NCBI GenBank assembly: GCA_963665845.2
Contig: OY762492.1
Span: forward strand, 608,001-672,000
Origin: Candidatus Poribacteria bacterium
Lineage (GTDB): Bacteria > Poribacteria > WGA-4E > GCA-2687025
DNA length: 64,000 nucleotides
Reading direction: 5' to 3'
Shown: piece after piece, positions 48,867 through 58,771 of the stretch
How positions within the stretch are numbered: the stretch's first letter is position 1
Layout of the letters: every line of letters begins with the position of its first letter
Notes under the pieces: generated by a model
What the model was told of the DNA's origin: nothing
Seen by the model: only the letters and a program-made list of their open reading frames with translations
Databases searched by the model: none
Made by a program: the position numbers and the translations under genes

Positions 48867-50223
48867 ATCTCTCTTAGGCAATATGACGTCGGGCGTCGGC
48901 GGTTTTGCGGCCGTCATCGTCTTTTTCTTAATGATCGTCGTGTTGAAAGCTCTCATTCGCGTCTGTCCGCCGAATCAGGTTTTGGTGGTGACAGGCGTTA
49001 AAACGAAGCATCAGGGGCGGGAATACGGCTTTCGCCTTCAGCGCGGCGGATGGACATTTGTGGTGCCGTTTTTTCAAAGCGCGCAGGGGCTGGACCTCGG
49101 CACCATACCGATCGATGTGCAAGTGGAGGGGGTCAACTCCGCCAACGGAATCACCGTCGGCGCGGACGCGACCGCCTGCGTCTGCGTTGACCACGAGGAT
49201 GACGCGCTGCTTTACTCCGCCGTGGAGCGGTTGATGGGCAAGTCGCGCACGGAGGTGAGAGATCAGATACAGCAGACGATGGTCGGAAACTTCCGCGGCG
49301 CGTTGAATAAAACGACGCCGCTGCAGGCGATCGGAATGCTGGAGAGCGTGGACGAGGATGACCGCATCGGCGAGGAGCCGACGCGAATCGATTCGGACGG
49401 CGGGGAAGGGGAGCGGGCGCAGTTCAGAGCCGAACTTCTGCGCGACAGCAACCAGGACCTTAGCACGTTTGGGATGCGCGTCGTGTCGGTGTCGCTTCAA
49501 AAGATTTGGGACACCTCCAATTACATCGCCAACCTCGCCAACAAGACCTTGTCGCGCAAGCGGCAGGAGGTGGAGATTGAGGAGGCGCGGTTGAAGGCGC
49601 AGGCGGAGCGGGCGGAATCGGACGCGAAGCGGCGCGAGACGGTCGCAGAGAACGCCGCGACGGAGGAGATCATCACTGCGCAGCAAGAGCTGGAGGTGCT
49701 TCGGCGCGAATGCTCAGGGCAGGTTGAAAAGGCGAAGCTGGAAGCGGACAGCGCGATTGAGCGCGCCCAAAGCGAGGCTGAACGCGCCGTCCAGGAAGCG
49801 GCCGTGGAGCTGCAGAAACTGAAAAACGAGTCGGACATCACCTTAGAGGCGGACTCGAAGCGGGAGGCGGCAGAGATTCATTCTCAAGGTCAGCAGTTGG
49901 CTGTGCAGATTGTGGAGTCGACGCATAACGACTTGCTGGACCAGAAGTCGCAGCTGTTGGCGGAAGCGGGCGCGGCGGGGCGAATCGCGCTGTTTGTTCA
50001 GCAGCGTTTGCCGACGCTTTTCAAGGCGTATGAGACGCATGCCAGAGACCAGAAGATCAACAATATCGTTGTGATGGACAGCGAGCGCGGCATCAACGGC
50101 GTTGTGAACCGAGGTCCCGAAGCGTTTGTCGATTTCCTGCAAACCTTTGAGGAAGGGTTCGGCATCAGCGTCAAGGAGCTGCTTGCGCAAACCGAGTCGG
50201 ATCATCGGGAGGACAGGTCATGA
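48859..50223 (+). CDS. SPFH/flotillin-family protein 1
   Basis: AAGGAGG RBS; TM, VCPPNQVLVVTG, GGWTFVVP, EA-rich coiled coil. Confidence 0.88.
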   Translation: MLESLLGNMTSGVGGFAAVIVFFLMIVVLKALIRVCPPNQVLVVTGVKTKHQGREYGFRLQRGGWTFVVPFFQSAQGLDLGTIPIDVQVEGVNSANGITVGADATACVCVDHEDDALLYSAVERLMGKSRTEVRDQIQQTMVGNFRGALNKTTPLQAIGMLESVDEDDRIGEEPTRIDSDGGEGERAQFRAELLRDSNQDLSTFGMRVVSVSLQKIWDTSNYIANLANKTLSRKRQEVEIEEARLKAQAERAESDAKRRETVAENAATEEIITAQQELEVLRRECSGQVEKAKLEADSAIERAQSEAERAVQEAAVELQKLKNESDITLEADSKREAAEIHSQGQQLAVQIVESTHNDLLDQKSQLLAEAGAAGRIALFVQQRLPTLFKAYETHARDQKINNIVVMDSERGINGVVNRGPEAFVDFLQTFEEGFGISVKELLAQTESDHREDRS

Positions 50224-51503
50224 CCGCTTTCGGCATCATCTTCGGCATACTGATCGTCATTTCGCTTCTGTTTCAGTTGGTCACTAAAATGAAGCTGGTC
50301 GGGGCGGACGAGTTGGCGGTCGTCGCCGGCAAGGGCAAAGATTTTTCATCCATACGCGGAGGGCGCGTCTTCGTCTTCCCGTTGATACACCGGTTTTTCC
50401 GCATGGACATGCGCCCCCGCACAACAAGCGTGCGCGTTGAATCGGCGATAGCCGCCGGCATCGTTCCGCTGACGGTCGAAGCGACGGTCAGCTTTGCGGT
50501 GGCGTCTTCCGCGACTGGTCAGCGCAACGCCATTCGGCGCATCCTCAACTTGACAAGCTCTTGGGAGGAGCTGACGCGAATCGCCACCGGCATCATTGAA
50601 GGGCATCTGCGCGACTCGATCGCCACGATGACGCCTGAGGAGGTCATGACCGACAAGGATCAGCTTGTTCAGAACATGATCAACGTCTGTAAAGCGGATC
50701 TGGAGGGCATCGGCATTGAGATCACCTCGATGAACATCGCCGATGTGGACGACCACCGTCTTGAGGGCGTTGAGGAGCGGGAGCTGTATATCGCGTTGTT
50801 GAAGCGGATTCAGTCGGCGAACGCGGAGTCGCAGTCGCGGGCGGCGCAGGCGCAGGCGCGCGCGTCGGCAAAAGAAGAAGCCGAAACGCGCCGGGCGGAG
50901 GTGGCGGTGCGCGACGCGGAAAACTCCAAAGAAAGCCTGCAGGCGGAGACGCGGGTGGAGGTCGCCCAGGAGACGCAGCGCAGCGCCATCGGCGTTCAAG
51001 AAGCGCAGCGAAACGCCGAAGCGAAAGCGGCGGGCATAAGGGCGCAGATTGAGGCAGAACGGCAGCGCATTGAGATGCTGCGCGAAAAATACCGCGCCGA
51101 GATACTCATTCCCGCCGAGGCGGAGCGCGACCGAATGGAGATGGAAGCAAAAGGCGAAGCGGCGGAAATACGCGGACGCGCTCAAGCGGAGATCGACGAA
51201 CTGAAACGGACGGTTCAGATCCTGCAGGAAGGAGGGCGCGACAGCCTCTCCGCCTATATCATCGAAAACTTTGAGAAGTTTATCGAGCCGTTCTCGCAGA
51301 CCTTGTCGCTCTATCCGGCGGAGAATGTGACGATCATCACCGGCGCGGGCGGATCGCATCAGCCCATCTCGGCGGTTCATCCGCATCCAATAGAGGAGGA
51401 GAAGGCGCGCCTGCTTCATCAGGCGATCGGCGCCGTTACATCCGCCGCGCTTCCGCAGATAGAGGAAGAAGGCGGCGAAGACGAAGCGGAATCGGCGTCT
51501 TAA
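50220..51503 (+). CDS. SPFH/flotillin-family protein 2
   Basis: GGRVFVFP, IEGHLRDSIATMTPEEV, DLEGIGIEI, AEA repeats, IPAEAER. Confidence 0.9.
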   Translation: MTAFGIIFGILIVISLLFQLVTKMKLVGADELAVVAGKGKDFSSIRGGRVFVFPLIHRFFRMDMRPRTTSVRVESAIAAGIVPLTVEATVSFAVASSATGQRNAIRRILNLTSSWEELTRIATGIIEGHLRDSIATMTPEEVMTDKDQLVQNMINVCKADLEGIGIEITSMNIADVDDHRLEGVEERELYIALLKRIQSANAESQSRAAQAQARASAKEEAETRRAEVAVRDAENSKESLQAETRVEVAQETQRSAIGVQEAQRNAEAKAAGIRAQIEAERQRIEMLREKYRAEILIPAEAERDRMEMEAKGEAAEIRGRAQAEIDELKRTVQILQEGGRDSLSAYIIENFEKFIEPFSQTLSLYPAENVTIITGAGGSHQPISAVHPHPIEEEKARLLHQAIGAVTSAALPQIEEEGGEDEAESAS

Positions 51504-51521
51504 GTCGGCATGCGCTGCGCG

Positions 51522-51562
51522 GTCGGGGAGCTGTTTAACCAAAACCTAAACAGCTCCCCGAC
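51522..51562. terminator. 16-bp perfect stem-loop after the flotillin operon
   Basis: gtcggggagctgttta / taaacagctccccgac; weak U-tract. Confidence 0.5.
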
Positions 51563-51586
51563 AGCGTCGCATTTACTTAAAAGGCG

Positions 51587-51753
51587 CTGACCTCACCCTT
51601 AGAGTTGGGACAATTCTGGTTGTGAACGCGGACGGTTTCGGGGTTGACTCTGGATTCCCGCTTGCGCGGGAATGACGACATTGTTGATGATGATTTTTCC
51701 CATGAATAGAGCGATCGTCGGTTCAAATGTCCCAACTTTAGGCGTTATGTCAG
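51587..51753. mobile_element. 167-bp MITE, family A (inverted relative to 22702)
   Basis: CTGACCTC..GAGTTGGGACA / TGTCCCAACTT..TGTCAG; flanks AAAAGGCG and AAAAGGAG (7 of 8 match). Confidence 0.82.
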
Positions 51754-51766
51754 AAAAGGAGCGGGA

Positions 51767-52096
51767 ATGAGCGACGCAAAAAATGTCCATGTGAGCGTCA
51801 CGATTGCGGGGTCGGCGACGACGCTGATCATCCTGATAATCGTCTGGTGCAGCTGCGCGGCGCCTTACAACGCGATGCGGGAAGCGACGCTGGACGCCAT
51901 TGAGGCGGAGGCGTATGCGTCGCGGGAAGCGCGGGACGCGGACGCGGAAGCCGAGCGGTTTGCGAAGCGGCGCCGGGCGGAGATCGCGTATGAGCGGCTG
52001 CCGTTTTTTGTGAAGTGGTTTGCCGCGCATCCTGACAAGTATCTTGACAACAGCGCCGTTCCGACCGAATCTGAAATGCCGGTTGCGGAGGAATAG
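51767..52096 (+). CDS. Small hypothetical membrane protein
   Basis: AAAAGGAG RBS, one TM helix, Ala/Glu/Arg helix. Confidence 0.55.
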   Translation: MSDAKNVHVSVTIAGSATTLIILIIVWCSCAAPYNAMREATLDAIEAEAYASREARDADAEAERFAKRRRAEIAYERLPFFVKWFAAHPDKYLDNSAVPTESEMPVAEE

Positions 52097-52107
52097 GCGC
52101 GTCTAGG

Positions 52108-52290
52108 GCGCGGGTTTTCTAGACTCCCCTTGGAAAGGGAATGGGGTTTTAAAGGGGGCGTGGGGCTGCGATGCCTTAAGATTCCCGCTTGCGCGGGAAT
52201 GACAGGAAGGGGGGCGAGAATGACAGGAAGGGGGGCGAGAATGACAGGAAGGGGGCGGGAATGCATGTCCTCGCGGAAGCGGGGACGGCA
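52108..52290 (-). repeat. Mosaic repeat with about 3 x 21-bp tandem units
   Basis: Core at ~52179-52203, then gaatgacaggaaggggggcga repeats and a gtcctcgcggaagcggggac variant core. Confidence 0.75.
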
Positions 52291-52311
52291 TGGATCGGCG
52301 GGACGGCGCGT

Positions 52312-53622
52312 TTAAGGGGATGAAGGCATGCCGTAAAGCGCGAGCGAGTTGGCAATGGGGCGCGGGAACCCGTCCGACGGGCGGTTTTGGATTTTCCCTT
52401 CCGCCCAGAGCGTTGTGGAGCCGCCGCCGTCTAGGTTCAACGCCTCCTCCGCGCCGAGGCTGATCATCAGCTCCGCCAGCTCCTGCAGGCTCATTCCGAC
52501 GCTGTACTCGGGCTGCCGCCCGTCCACCGCCACCAGAAAAACCGTCTCGGCGTTATACCCGACCGCCGAGCGCGGATGGCGCCCCTTCACAAAGCGGTCG
52601 CTGAAACCGGACGCGCCGCCTTCCTTTAAGGCGTCCGCAGCCCGCCCCTCTTTAACCAAAACGAACGCGCCGCCGACCGCATCCGCGACGCCCTCAACCG
52701 CCGGCGCGAGCGCGCACTCCCAGCGCACCGCGTCGCCGACCGCCGCCTGTTTGAGAAATGCGGCGCCTTCTCCGCGACCCGCCAGCGCCGCGGAGCCGTT
52801 CGTCAGCGCGAAGGCGCCCTGCCCTGTCAGAACCGCCTCCACCTTCAATGCGGGCGAGCCGCCCAGCTGAAGCGGCGCCTCCATCGGTCCCGCCAGCAGC
52901 TGAACCGCCGACGCATACGGGCGCGAAGCGTCATCGAAGCGGGTGGTGTAGAGAACGAGGCCGTTGTCGCCGCATGCTTCGTTGACGCCGTCCAAACGGC
53001 GCGATTGTCCGCCGAGATGCAGAGTCGCTGAAAAACGCATCTGCGCAATGCGTAAGCTGCCGTCTTTTAACATCAGAAAAGCGGCGCGCTCCATCGGTTC
53101 GCTCACCAGCTCTCCGTCGATGACGCATAAGCCGTCCGGGTCGCCGTCGAAGGGGCGGTTGCGCATTTCAAAAAAATCGGCGTTCAGAGCCGCGGCGACA
53201 TTCCGCCCCTGTTGCGTCAGCCGCTGAACGGTCGCGTCCAGCGGCTCCCGTCCGTAAACCGTCTCGCCGCCTAAAGCCGCGGCGAGCCGATAGGACGCAT
53301 CCGCGCGGTCGATCTCGACGATATGAACCGCCCATGGCCCCTTCTCGTCATGGACGGCGCGGTAGGTCGGCTTCGCGTCAACAAAATGCGCCGCCGTCCA
53401 CATGGCGCAGCATAAAACAAAACTGAATATGTAACCGCGGACGGAGTCTTGATAGACTCTGGATTCCCTGATTACATCCTTAAAGTTAGGACAATTCCGG
53501 TTGTGAATGCGGACGGAGTCTTGATAGACTCTGGATTCCCGCTTGCGCGGGAATGACGGTCTGGTTGGCGGCATGCCGTTTTGATGATTGGCGGAGGGCG
53601 GTTTCATCTTAAGTCCGTTCAT
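52312..53622 (-). CDS. Phosphodiester glycosidase (NAGPA/DUF2233) family exported protein
   Basis: ALNADFF, HPRSAVG, VDGRQ, NLDGGGSTT, RPIANSL; start uncertain. Confidence 0.85.
   Translation of the reverse strand: MNGLKMKPPSANHQNGMPPTRPSFPRKRESRVYQDSVRIHNRNCPNFKDVIRESRVYQDSVRGYIFSFVLCCAMWTAAHFVDAKPTYRAVHDEKGPWAVHIVEIDRADASYRLAAALGGETVYGREPLDATVQRLTQQGRNVAAALNADFFEMRNRPFDGDPDGLCVIDGELVSEPMERAAFLMLKDGSLRIAQMRFSATLHLGGQSRRLDGVNEACGDNGLVLYTTRFDDASRPYASAVQLLAGPMEAPLQLGGSPALKVEAVLTGQGAFALTNGSAALAGRGEGAAFLKQAAVGDAVRWECALAPAVEGVADAVGGAFVLVKEGRAADALKEGGASGFSDRFVKGRHPRSAVGYNAETVFLVAVDGRQPEYSVGMSLQELAELMISLGAEEALNLDGGGSTTLWAEGKIQNRPSDGFPRPIANSLALYGMPSSP
53437..53575 (-). repeat. Family-A repeat remnant inside a reading frame
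   Basis: 32-bp direct repeat at 53437-53468 and 53509-53540, TIR-like ctgattacatccttaaagttaggaca, and the core. Confidence 0.8.
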
Positions 53623-54473
53623 GCGGGTCGTTTTTTGAGGGCGGCATGCGCCATGATATGCGGCGGCAGGAAGAAGGGGCGTTTAGAGGACAAGACCTCC
53701 GCGCGCAGCCGTTCGGCAAGCGTCTCGGCGCCCACCTCCCGCGTCGACGCGACGCCGTACCGCTCCAAGCGCGGCAAAAGGCTCTGAAAAATGGTCGACA
53801 TATACTGGTATCCCGCCCATTCCTTTGCGGCTCCGATCGGCGCTTCAAAGCGCATTGACGGGGGAGCGAAGCCCGCCGACGCAAAGGCGCGCAGGAGAGT
53901 CAGCCCCGCGTCCAGACGCGCGCCCGAACATTCAAACGCGCTCACAATCCACTCAATCAGCTGGCGCATCAGCGGCGCGCCCGCGCTCGACAGCGCCTTA
54001 TATAAGGTGTATTCCGGCTCCTGAAACGCGGCGATTCCGCCAGGCTTCAAATGCGCCGCCAGGCGGGTTAGCGTCTCCGCCGGGTCGGGCGTGTACATCA
54101 ACACAAACCGCCCGGCGACTGCGTCGAACGGGCTATCGAAAACGGCGCTCTCCGCGGTCAACGCGAGGGCGTTTTCGGCGATGAACTCGACGTTCCGCAG
54201 CCCCAATTCTCGGACGCGGGCGCGCGCCGTTTCCAGTATCGAAGCGTCCATATCGACGCCGACCACATGCCCCTCCGGTCCGACCATCTCGGCAAGCATG
54301 AGCGCCACATCGCCCGCGCCGCTTCCGATCTCAAGGACGCGCATGCCTTCGGAGACGCCCGCCTCTTGAAGCATGCGGCGCGTGGAGGGGTTGTAGATGC
54401 GCGACTGCTCAATCAGGCGGGAGGTTTCATGCGCGCCGCGCCCTAGGGCGTAATCGATGCCGCGCCGCTCCAT
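53619..54473 (-). CDS. Class I SAM-dependent methyltransferase
   Basis: VLEIGSGAGDV, VVGVD, FDAVAGR, LKPGG. Confidence 0.9.
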   Translation of the reverse strand: MERRGIDYALGRGAHETSRLIEQSRIYNPSTRRMLQEAGVSEGMRVLEIGSGAGDVALMLAEMVGPEGHVVGVDMDASILETARARVRELGLRNVEFIAENALALTAESAVFDSPFDAVAGRFVLMYTPDPAETLTRLAAHLKPGGIAAFQEPEYTLYKALSSAGAPLMRQLIEWIVSAFECSGARLDAGLTLLRAFASAGFAPPSMRFEAPIGAAKEWAGYQYMSTIFQSLLPRLERYGVASTREVGAETLAERLRAEVLSSKRPFFLPPHIMAHAALKKRPA

Positions 54474-54475
54474 TT

Positions 54476-55318
54476 TTAGCCGTCTACCCTCGCGTGCGCG
54501 GTGATGTGCGGCGGAAGGATAAACGGGCGTTTGGAGCTGACCACTTCGGCGCGCAGCCTCTCGGCAAGCGTGTCGACATCCAGCTCTTCAGGCGACACGA
54601 TGCCGTATGAGTCCAGAAGCGGCGACAGGCTGCGGAAGCTGTTGGCGATGTACTCGTACCCCGGCCAGTCGGCGGGTCCGCCCATCGGCGCTTCAAAATG
54701 CATGACCGGCTCCGGCAATCCTGCGCCCACGAAGGTTTGGTACAGTTCTCTGCCCATTTCAAGATGCGCGCCGGAGCGCTCAAACCCGCTGCGCGCCCAC
54801 TCGATCAGATTGTTCGTAACTGGAGTATCGGGATGAAGAAAAGCGTTGTAAGGCAGGAAATCGATCTCCTGAAACGCGACAATTCCGTTTGCGCCGAGAT
54901 GCTGTATCAGCTTCCGCAGCGCGTCAATCGGATCGCCCATGTACATTAGCGCCAGCCGTCCGACGACCGCGTCGTAACCGCCCGGCAGATCGACCGTCCG
55001 CGCGTCCCCGACGACGAACTGCATGTTTTCATGTCCAGCTTCCTGGGCGCGCTGGCGCGCCGTTTCCAGAATCTCGCCGTTCACATCAACGCCTGTCACG
55101 CTGCCTTCCGGTCCGACAGCGTCCGCCAGCGCGAGCGCCACATCCCCCGCGCCGCTGCCGATGTCCAACACGTTCATTCCGTTCTCGATCCCGCATCGGA
55201 AAAGAAAACGGCGCGTGACATCGTCGTACAGCTGCGACTGCTGAATGAGCCGCTCCGTTTCCGACTCGGTTCTGCCCATGGTGTATTCGGCGTCTCGTTT
55301 TTGACTGCTCATGGTCAT
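54476..55318 (-). CDS. Class I SAM-dependent methyltransferase (tandem paralog)
   Basis: VLDIGSGAGDV, YDAVVGR; shares LAERLRAEV..SKRPF.LPPHI with its neighbour. Confidence 0.9.
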   Translation of the reverse strand: MTMSSQKRDAEYTMGRTESETERLIQQSQLYDDVTRRFLFRCGIENGMNVLDIGSGAGDVALALADAVGPEGSVTGVDVNGEILETARQRAQEAGHENMQFVVGDARTVDLPGGYDAVVGRLALMYMGDPIDALRKLIQHLGANGIVAFQEIDFLPYNAFLHPDTPVTNNLIEWARSGFERSGAHLEMGRELYQTFVGAGLPEPVMHFEAPMGGPADWPGYEYIANSFRSLSPLLDSYGIVSPEELDVDTLAERLRAEVVSSKRPFILPPHITAHARVDG

Positions 55319-55974
55319 CCTTCTTTTGTTGATGCGCTCTGGTCGTATGCTTTTAAAGCGTTTAAAAATCGGCGGGCGGCGTCGGCGGGATTGTCCGCGT
55401 CTGAAAAAGCGGACGCCGCGGCAACGCCGAACGCTCCCGCTTCAAGGCACATGCGCGCGTTGCCGGGCTGAACGCCGCCGAGGGCGTACACCGGCAGCGC
55501 GGTTTGGGACGCGGCGCGTTCAAAACGTTTCAATCCAAGCGGCGCGGCGCCCGGTTTGCTGCGCGTTTCAAAAACAGGGCTAAGAAAGGCGTAATCGGCG
55601 CCCGCGTCCTCGGCGCGGCGCAGCGCATCGACCGAATGAGCGGAATAACCGATAAGCGCGTTTTGACCCAGCCGCGCCCGCGCCTCCTCTATAGACGCGC
55701 GCTCCGGCAGATGCGCCCCGTCCGCTTCAACCGCCTCGGCGACCTCCATGTTTCCGTTCACGATGAAACGCGCGCCGGACGGACGGACAGCGGCGCGCAG
55801 ATTTTCAGCAAGACGCTTCAGCGCGTCGGCGGGGGAGGCCTTATCGCGCAGCTGAATCAGCCCGGCTCCTCCCTGCGCCGTCTGGCGGACCGTCCGCGTC
55901 AACGGACGGCGCGCTTGATCAGGCATCGCAATGAAACAGACGCGGTCTCTTGGTCGAAGCGGAACGCCGCTCAT
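55315..55974 (-). CDS. thiE: Thiamine-phosphate synthase (ThiE/TenI family)
   Basis: [34 protein letters not shown]; next to thiG; a TenI-like function is not excluded. Confidence 0.75.
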   Translation of the reverse strand: MSGVPLRPRDRVCFIAMPDQARRPLTRTVRQTAQGGAGLIQLRDKASPADALKRLAENLRAAVRPSGARFIVNGNMEVAEAVEADGAHLPERASIEEARARLGQNALIGYSAHSVDALRRAEDAGADYAFLSPVFETRSKPGAAPLGLKRFERAASQTALPVYALGGVQPGNARMCLEAGAFGVAAASAFSDADNPADAARRFLNALKAYDQSASTKEG

Positions 55975-56750
55975 TCTCCGACGACGCCTTCCAGCGGGCT
56001 GGACGCCTTCGCGTAAAGCCGCTTCGGTATGCGCCCTGAAAGATAGGAAAGTCTGCCCGCTTCGATGGCGAGTTTCATCGCCCGCGCCATCTGAACGGGG
56101 CGGCGCGCCCCCGCCACGGCGGTGTTCATCAAAACAGCGTCGCAGCCGAGTTCCATTGCGATCGCCGCGTCCGAGGCGGCGCCGACCCCCGCGTCCACGA
56201 TCATCGGAACGGAGATCATCTCGCGGATGATGGCGAGGTTGTGCGGGTTGCGTATCCCTAGCCCGGAGCCGATCGGGGCGCCAAGGGGCATCACCGCCGC
56301 GCAGCCGATGTCTTCCAGCTTTTGCGCGGCGATCGGGTCGTCGTTCGTGTAGGGCAGGACGGTAAAGCCATCCTCAATCAGCTCCTCCGCCGCTTTGAGC
56401 AGCTGTTCAATGTCGGGAAAAAGCGTTCGTTCGTCGCCAATCACTTCCAGTTTGATGAGGTCGGTTTCGAGCGCTTCGCGGGCGAGTTGGGCAGTCAGGA
56501 CGGCGTCTTTTGCGGTGTAACATCCGGCGGTGTTCGGAAGTATCGTCTTGCCTCGTTTGCGCAGGGCGGCAATAATACCCTGTCCGCCCGCCTCGTTCAG
56601 GTCGATTCGGCGGACGGCGGCGGTGACGATCTCGGCGCCGCTTGCGTCAATGGCGTCCAGCGCGGTCTGCTGGTTCGGATAACGCGCGGAGCCGATGAGC
56701 AGCCGCGATTCATATTCGTTGCCGGCGATCTGGAGCGGGTCGTTGTTCAT
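55971..56750 (-). CDS. thiG: Thiazole synthase
   Basis: [39 protein letters not shown]. Confidence 0.97.
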   Translation of the reverse strand: MNNDPLQIAGNEYESRLLIGSARYPNQQTALDAIDASGAEIVTAAVRRIDLNEAGGQGIIAALRKRGKTILPNTAGCYTAKDAVLTAQLAREALETDLIKLEVIGDERTLFPDIEQLLKAAEELIEDGFTVLPYTNDDPIAAQKLEDIGCAAVMPLGAPIGSGLGIRNPHNLAIIREMISVPMIVDAGVGAASDAAIAMELGCDAVLMNTAVAGARRPVQMARAMKLAIEAGRLSYLSGRIPKRLYAKASSPLEGVVGE

Positions 56751-56774
56751 GGCGGTTCGCTGCCTGCGTTTGGG

Positions 56775-56849
56775 TGGTGCGCCGTGAAGGATTCGAACCT
56801 TCAACCAACGGATTAAGAGTCCGCGGCTCTACCATTGAGCTAACGACGC
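56775..56849 (-). tRNA. tRNA-Lys (CTT)
   Basis: GCGTCGT TA GCTC AATGGTA GAGC C GCGGA CTCTTAA TCCGT TGGTT GAAGG TTCGAAT CCTTC ACGGCGC A CCA. Confidence 0.95.
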
Positions 56850-57001
56850 GCCTTTATAGTATGCCCGATAAAGCGCCTTTTGGCAAGACGAAGCCCCTGA
56901 CCTTGCGTCATGGGCATACTGCTTGATCAGCGCGGGGTTGCATGGTTTGTCAAAATCGGCTATGAATAAGGTACGGTTTGAGTTGACAGAAAGGTTTTGA
57001 A

Positions 57002-58771
57002 GTGAGCGTCATTCCAAGAAGCGAGCATCCGCGCCCCCAGTTTCAGCGGGCGGACTGGATATGTTTGAACGGCGAATGGGAGTTTGAGATTGACCAGGAG
57101 GACAGCGGTTTAGAGAACGGCTTGCGGGAGCGGGAGCTGAACGCGCGCATTCTCGTTCCGTTCTGCCCCGAATCGGAGCTGTCCGGCATCGGACATGTGG
57201 ATTTCATCAATGCGGTTTGGTACCGCAAGCGAACGGTCATCCCGTCTGAATGGGCGGGGAAAAAGGCGCTGCTGCATTTTCAGGCGGTCGATTACGACGC
57301 GACCGTCTGGGTGAACGGCGTAGAGCTGGCGCGTCACCGCGGCGGATGGACGCCGTTTTCATGCGACCTGGACGGCGTCGCCGCGCCGGGCGAAGAGGCG
57401 GAGATCGTCGTCCGCGCCCGCGACTTGAGAGGTACCGACCGTCCTGCCGGCAAGCAGTCGAATCACCGCCCCGACAACGCCGGCTGCCACTACACCCGCA
57501 CCACCGGCATCTGGCAAACGGTCTGGATGGAGGCGGTACCGAAACGCGCGCAGCTGCTTCGACCGCGCATCACGCCCGACTATGCGAATTCGCGCTTCAT
57601 CGTCGTTCAACCGATACGCGGCGATCAAGCGGGCTTGACCGTCCGCGCCGTATTAAGCGACGAAAACTATGGAGCGGTTGCCGGCTGCTCCGCCGACCTT
57701 GACCTGAACCCGACGCTCGTTCTGGATGTCCCGCCCGACAAGGCGCGCCTATGGTCGACGGAAGACCCGCATCTATACGACCTGAATCTGACGCTGCTTG
57801 ACGAAAGCGGCGCTGTCGTGGACGAGGCGTCCAGCTACGCGGGTCTGCGCGGCGTCTCCATCGACGGGCCGGCGGTCAAGATCAACGGCAAGCCTGTTTT
57901 TCAGCGGCTCGTTCTTGACCAAGGCTACTACCCGGACGGCATCATGACCGCCCCGACCGACGAGGCGCTCATTGAGGATATTGAGCTGTCCATCGAGGCG
58001 GGCTTCAACGGCGCGCGGCTGCATCAAAAAGTGTTTGAGGAGCGGTTTTTATACCACGCCGACCGTCTCGGCTATCTGTGCTGGGGCGAATTCGGCGACT
58101 GGGGAATCAACCGAGGCGAGCCGCGGGCGGGATATATAACAGAATGGCTGGAGGTTCTGGAACGCGACTACTCGCATCCGTCCATCGTCGGCTGGTGTCC
58201 GCTGAACGAGACGGGCGGGCAGTCGATTGACGACCGCATCGGAGGGCTGGACGACCTGACGCGCGGACTGTTTCTAGCGGCGAAGGCGATTGACCAGTCG
58301 CGCCCTGTCCTGGACACGTCTGGATACGCCCACCGCATCCGCGAGTCGGACATCTACGATTGCCACGATTATGATCAGAACCCAGAGTCGTTCAAAAAAC
58401 GGCATGACGGGCTGGCGGACGGAAATCCGCATTACAACGGACCGACCGACAAGCCATGGTCAATTCCGCATGCGGGGCAGCCGTTCTTTGTGAGCGAGTT
58501 TGGCGGCACATGGTGGCAGCCGCAGGCGGTTGAAGGCGATTCATGGGGGTACGGCAAAAACCCTGAAAACATTGAGGAGTTTTATGAGCGGTTTGACGCG
58601 CTGTGCGCGGCGCTGTTAGACAACCCGCTCATGTTCGCTTACTGCTACACGCAGCTGACCGACATCTTCCAGGAGCAGAACGGCATCTACCATTTCGACC
58701 GCGCCAAGAAATTCGACATGAAACGCATTCGAGAGGCGCAGCGGCGCATCGCGGCGATTGAAAAAACATGA
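57002..58771 (+). CDS. Glycoside hydrolase family 2
   Basis: HPRPQF, LNGEW, LHFQAVDY, GIWQTVW, LDQGYYPDG, RLHQKV, WCPLNE, SEFGG, YTQLTD. Confidence 0.92.
   Translation: MSVIPRSEHPRPQFQRADWICLNGEWEFEIDQEDSGLENGLRERELNARILVPFCPESELSGIGHVDFINAVWYRKRTVIPSEWAGKKALLHFQAVDYDATVWVNGVELARHRGGWTPFSCDLDGVAAPGEEAEIVVRARDLRGTDRPAGKQSNHRPDNAGCHYTRTTGIWQTVWMEAVPKRAQLLRPRITPDYANSRFIVVQPIRGDQAGLTVRAVLSDENYGAVAGCSADLDLNPTLVLDVPPDKARLWSTEDPHLYDLNLTLLDESGAVVDEASSYAGLRGVSIDGPAVKINGKPVFQRLVLDQGYYPDGIMTAPTDEALIEDIELSIEAGFNGARLHQKVFEERFLYHADRLGYLCWGEFGDWGINRGEPRAGYITEWLEVLERDYSHPSIVGWCPLNETGGQSIDDRIGGLDDLTRGLFLAAKAIDQSRPVLDTSGYAHRIRESDIYDCHDYDQNPESFKKRHDGLADGNPHYNGPTDKPWSIPHAGQPFFVSEFGGTWWQPQAVEGDSWGYGKNPENIEEFYERFDALCAALLDNPLMFAYCYTQLTDIFQEQNGIYHFDRAKKFDMKRIREAQRRIAAIEKT

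Noticed and set aside
48234-51503. NfeD-like plus double flotillin operon as a novel system
   Set aside because: A well-known arrangement; kept as features only
56775-56849. tRNA as an island integration site
   Set aside because: No integrase and no duplicated tRNA 3' end noticed; the neighbours are metabolic genes
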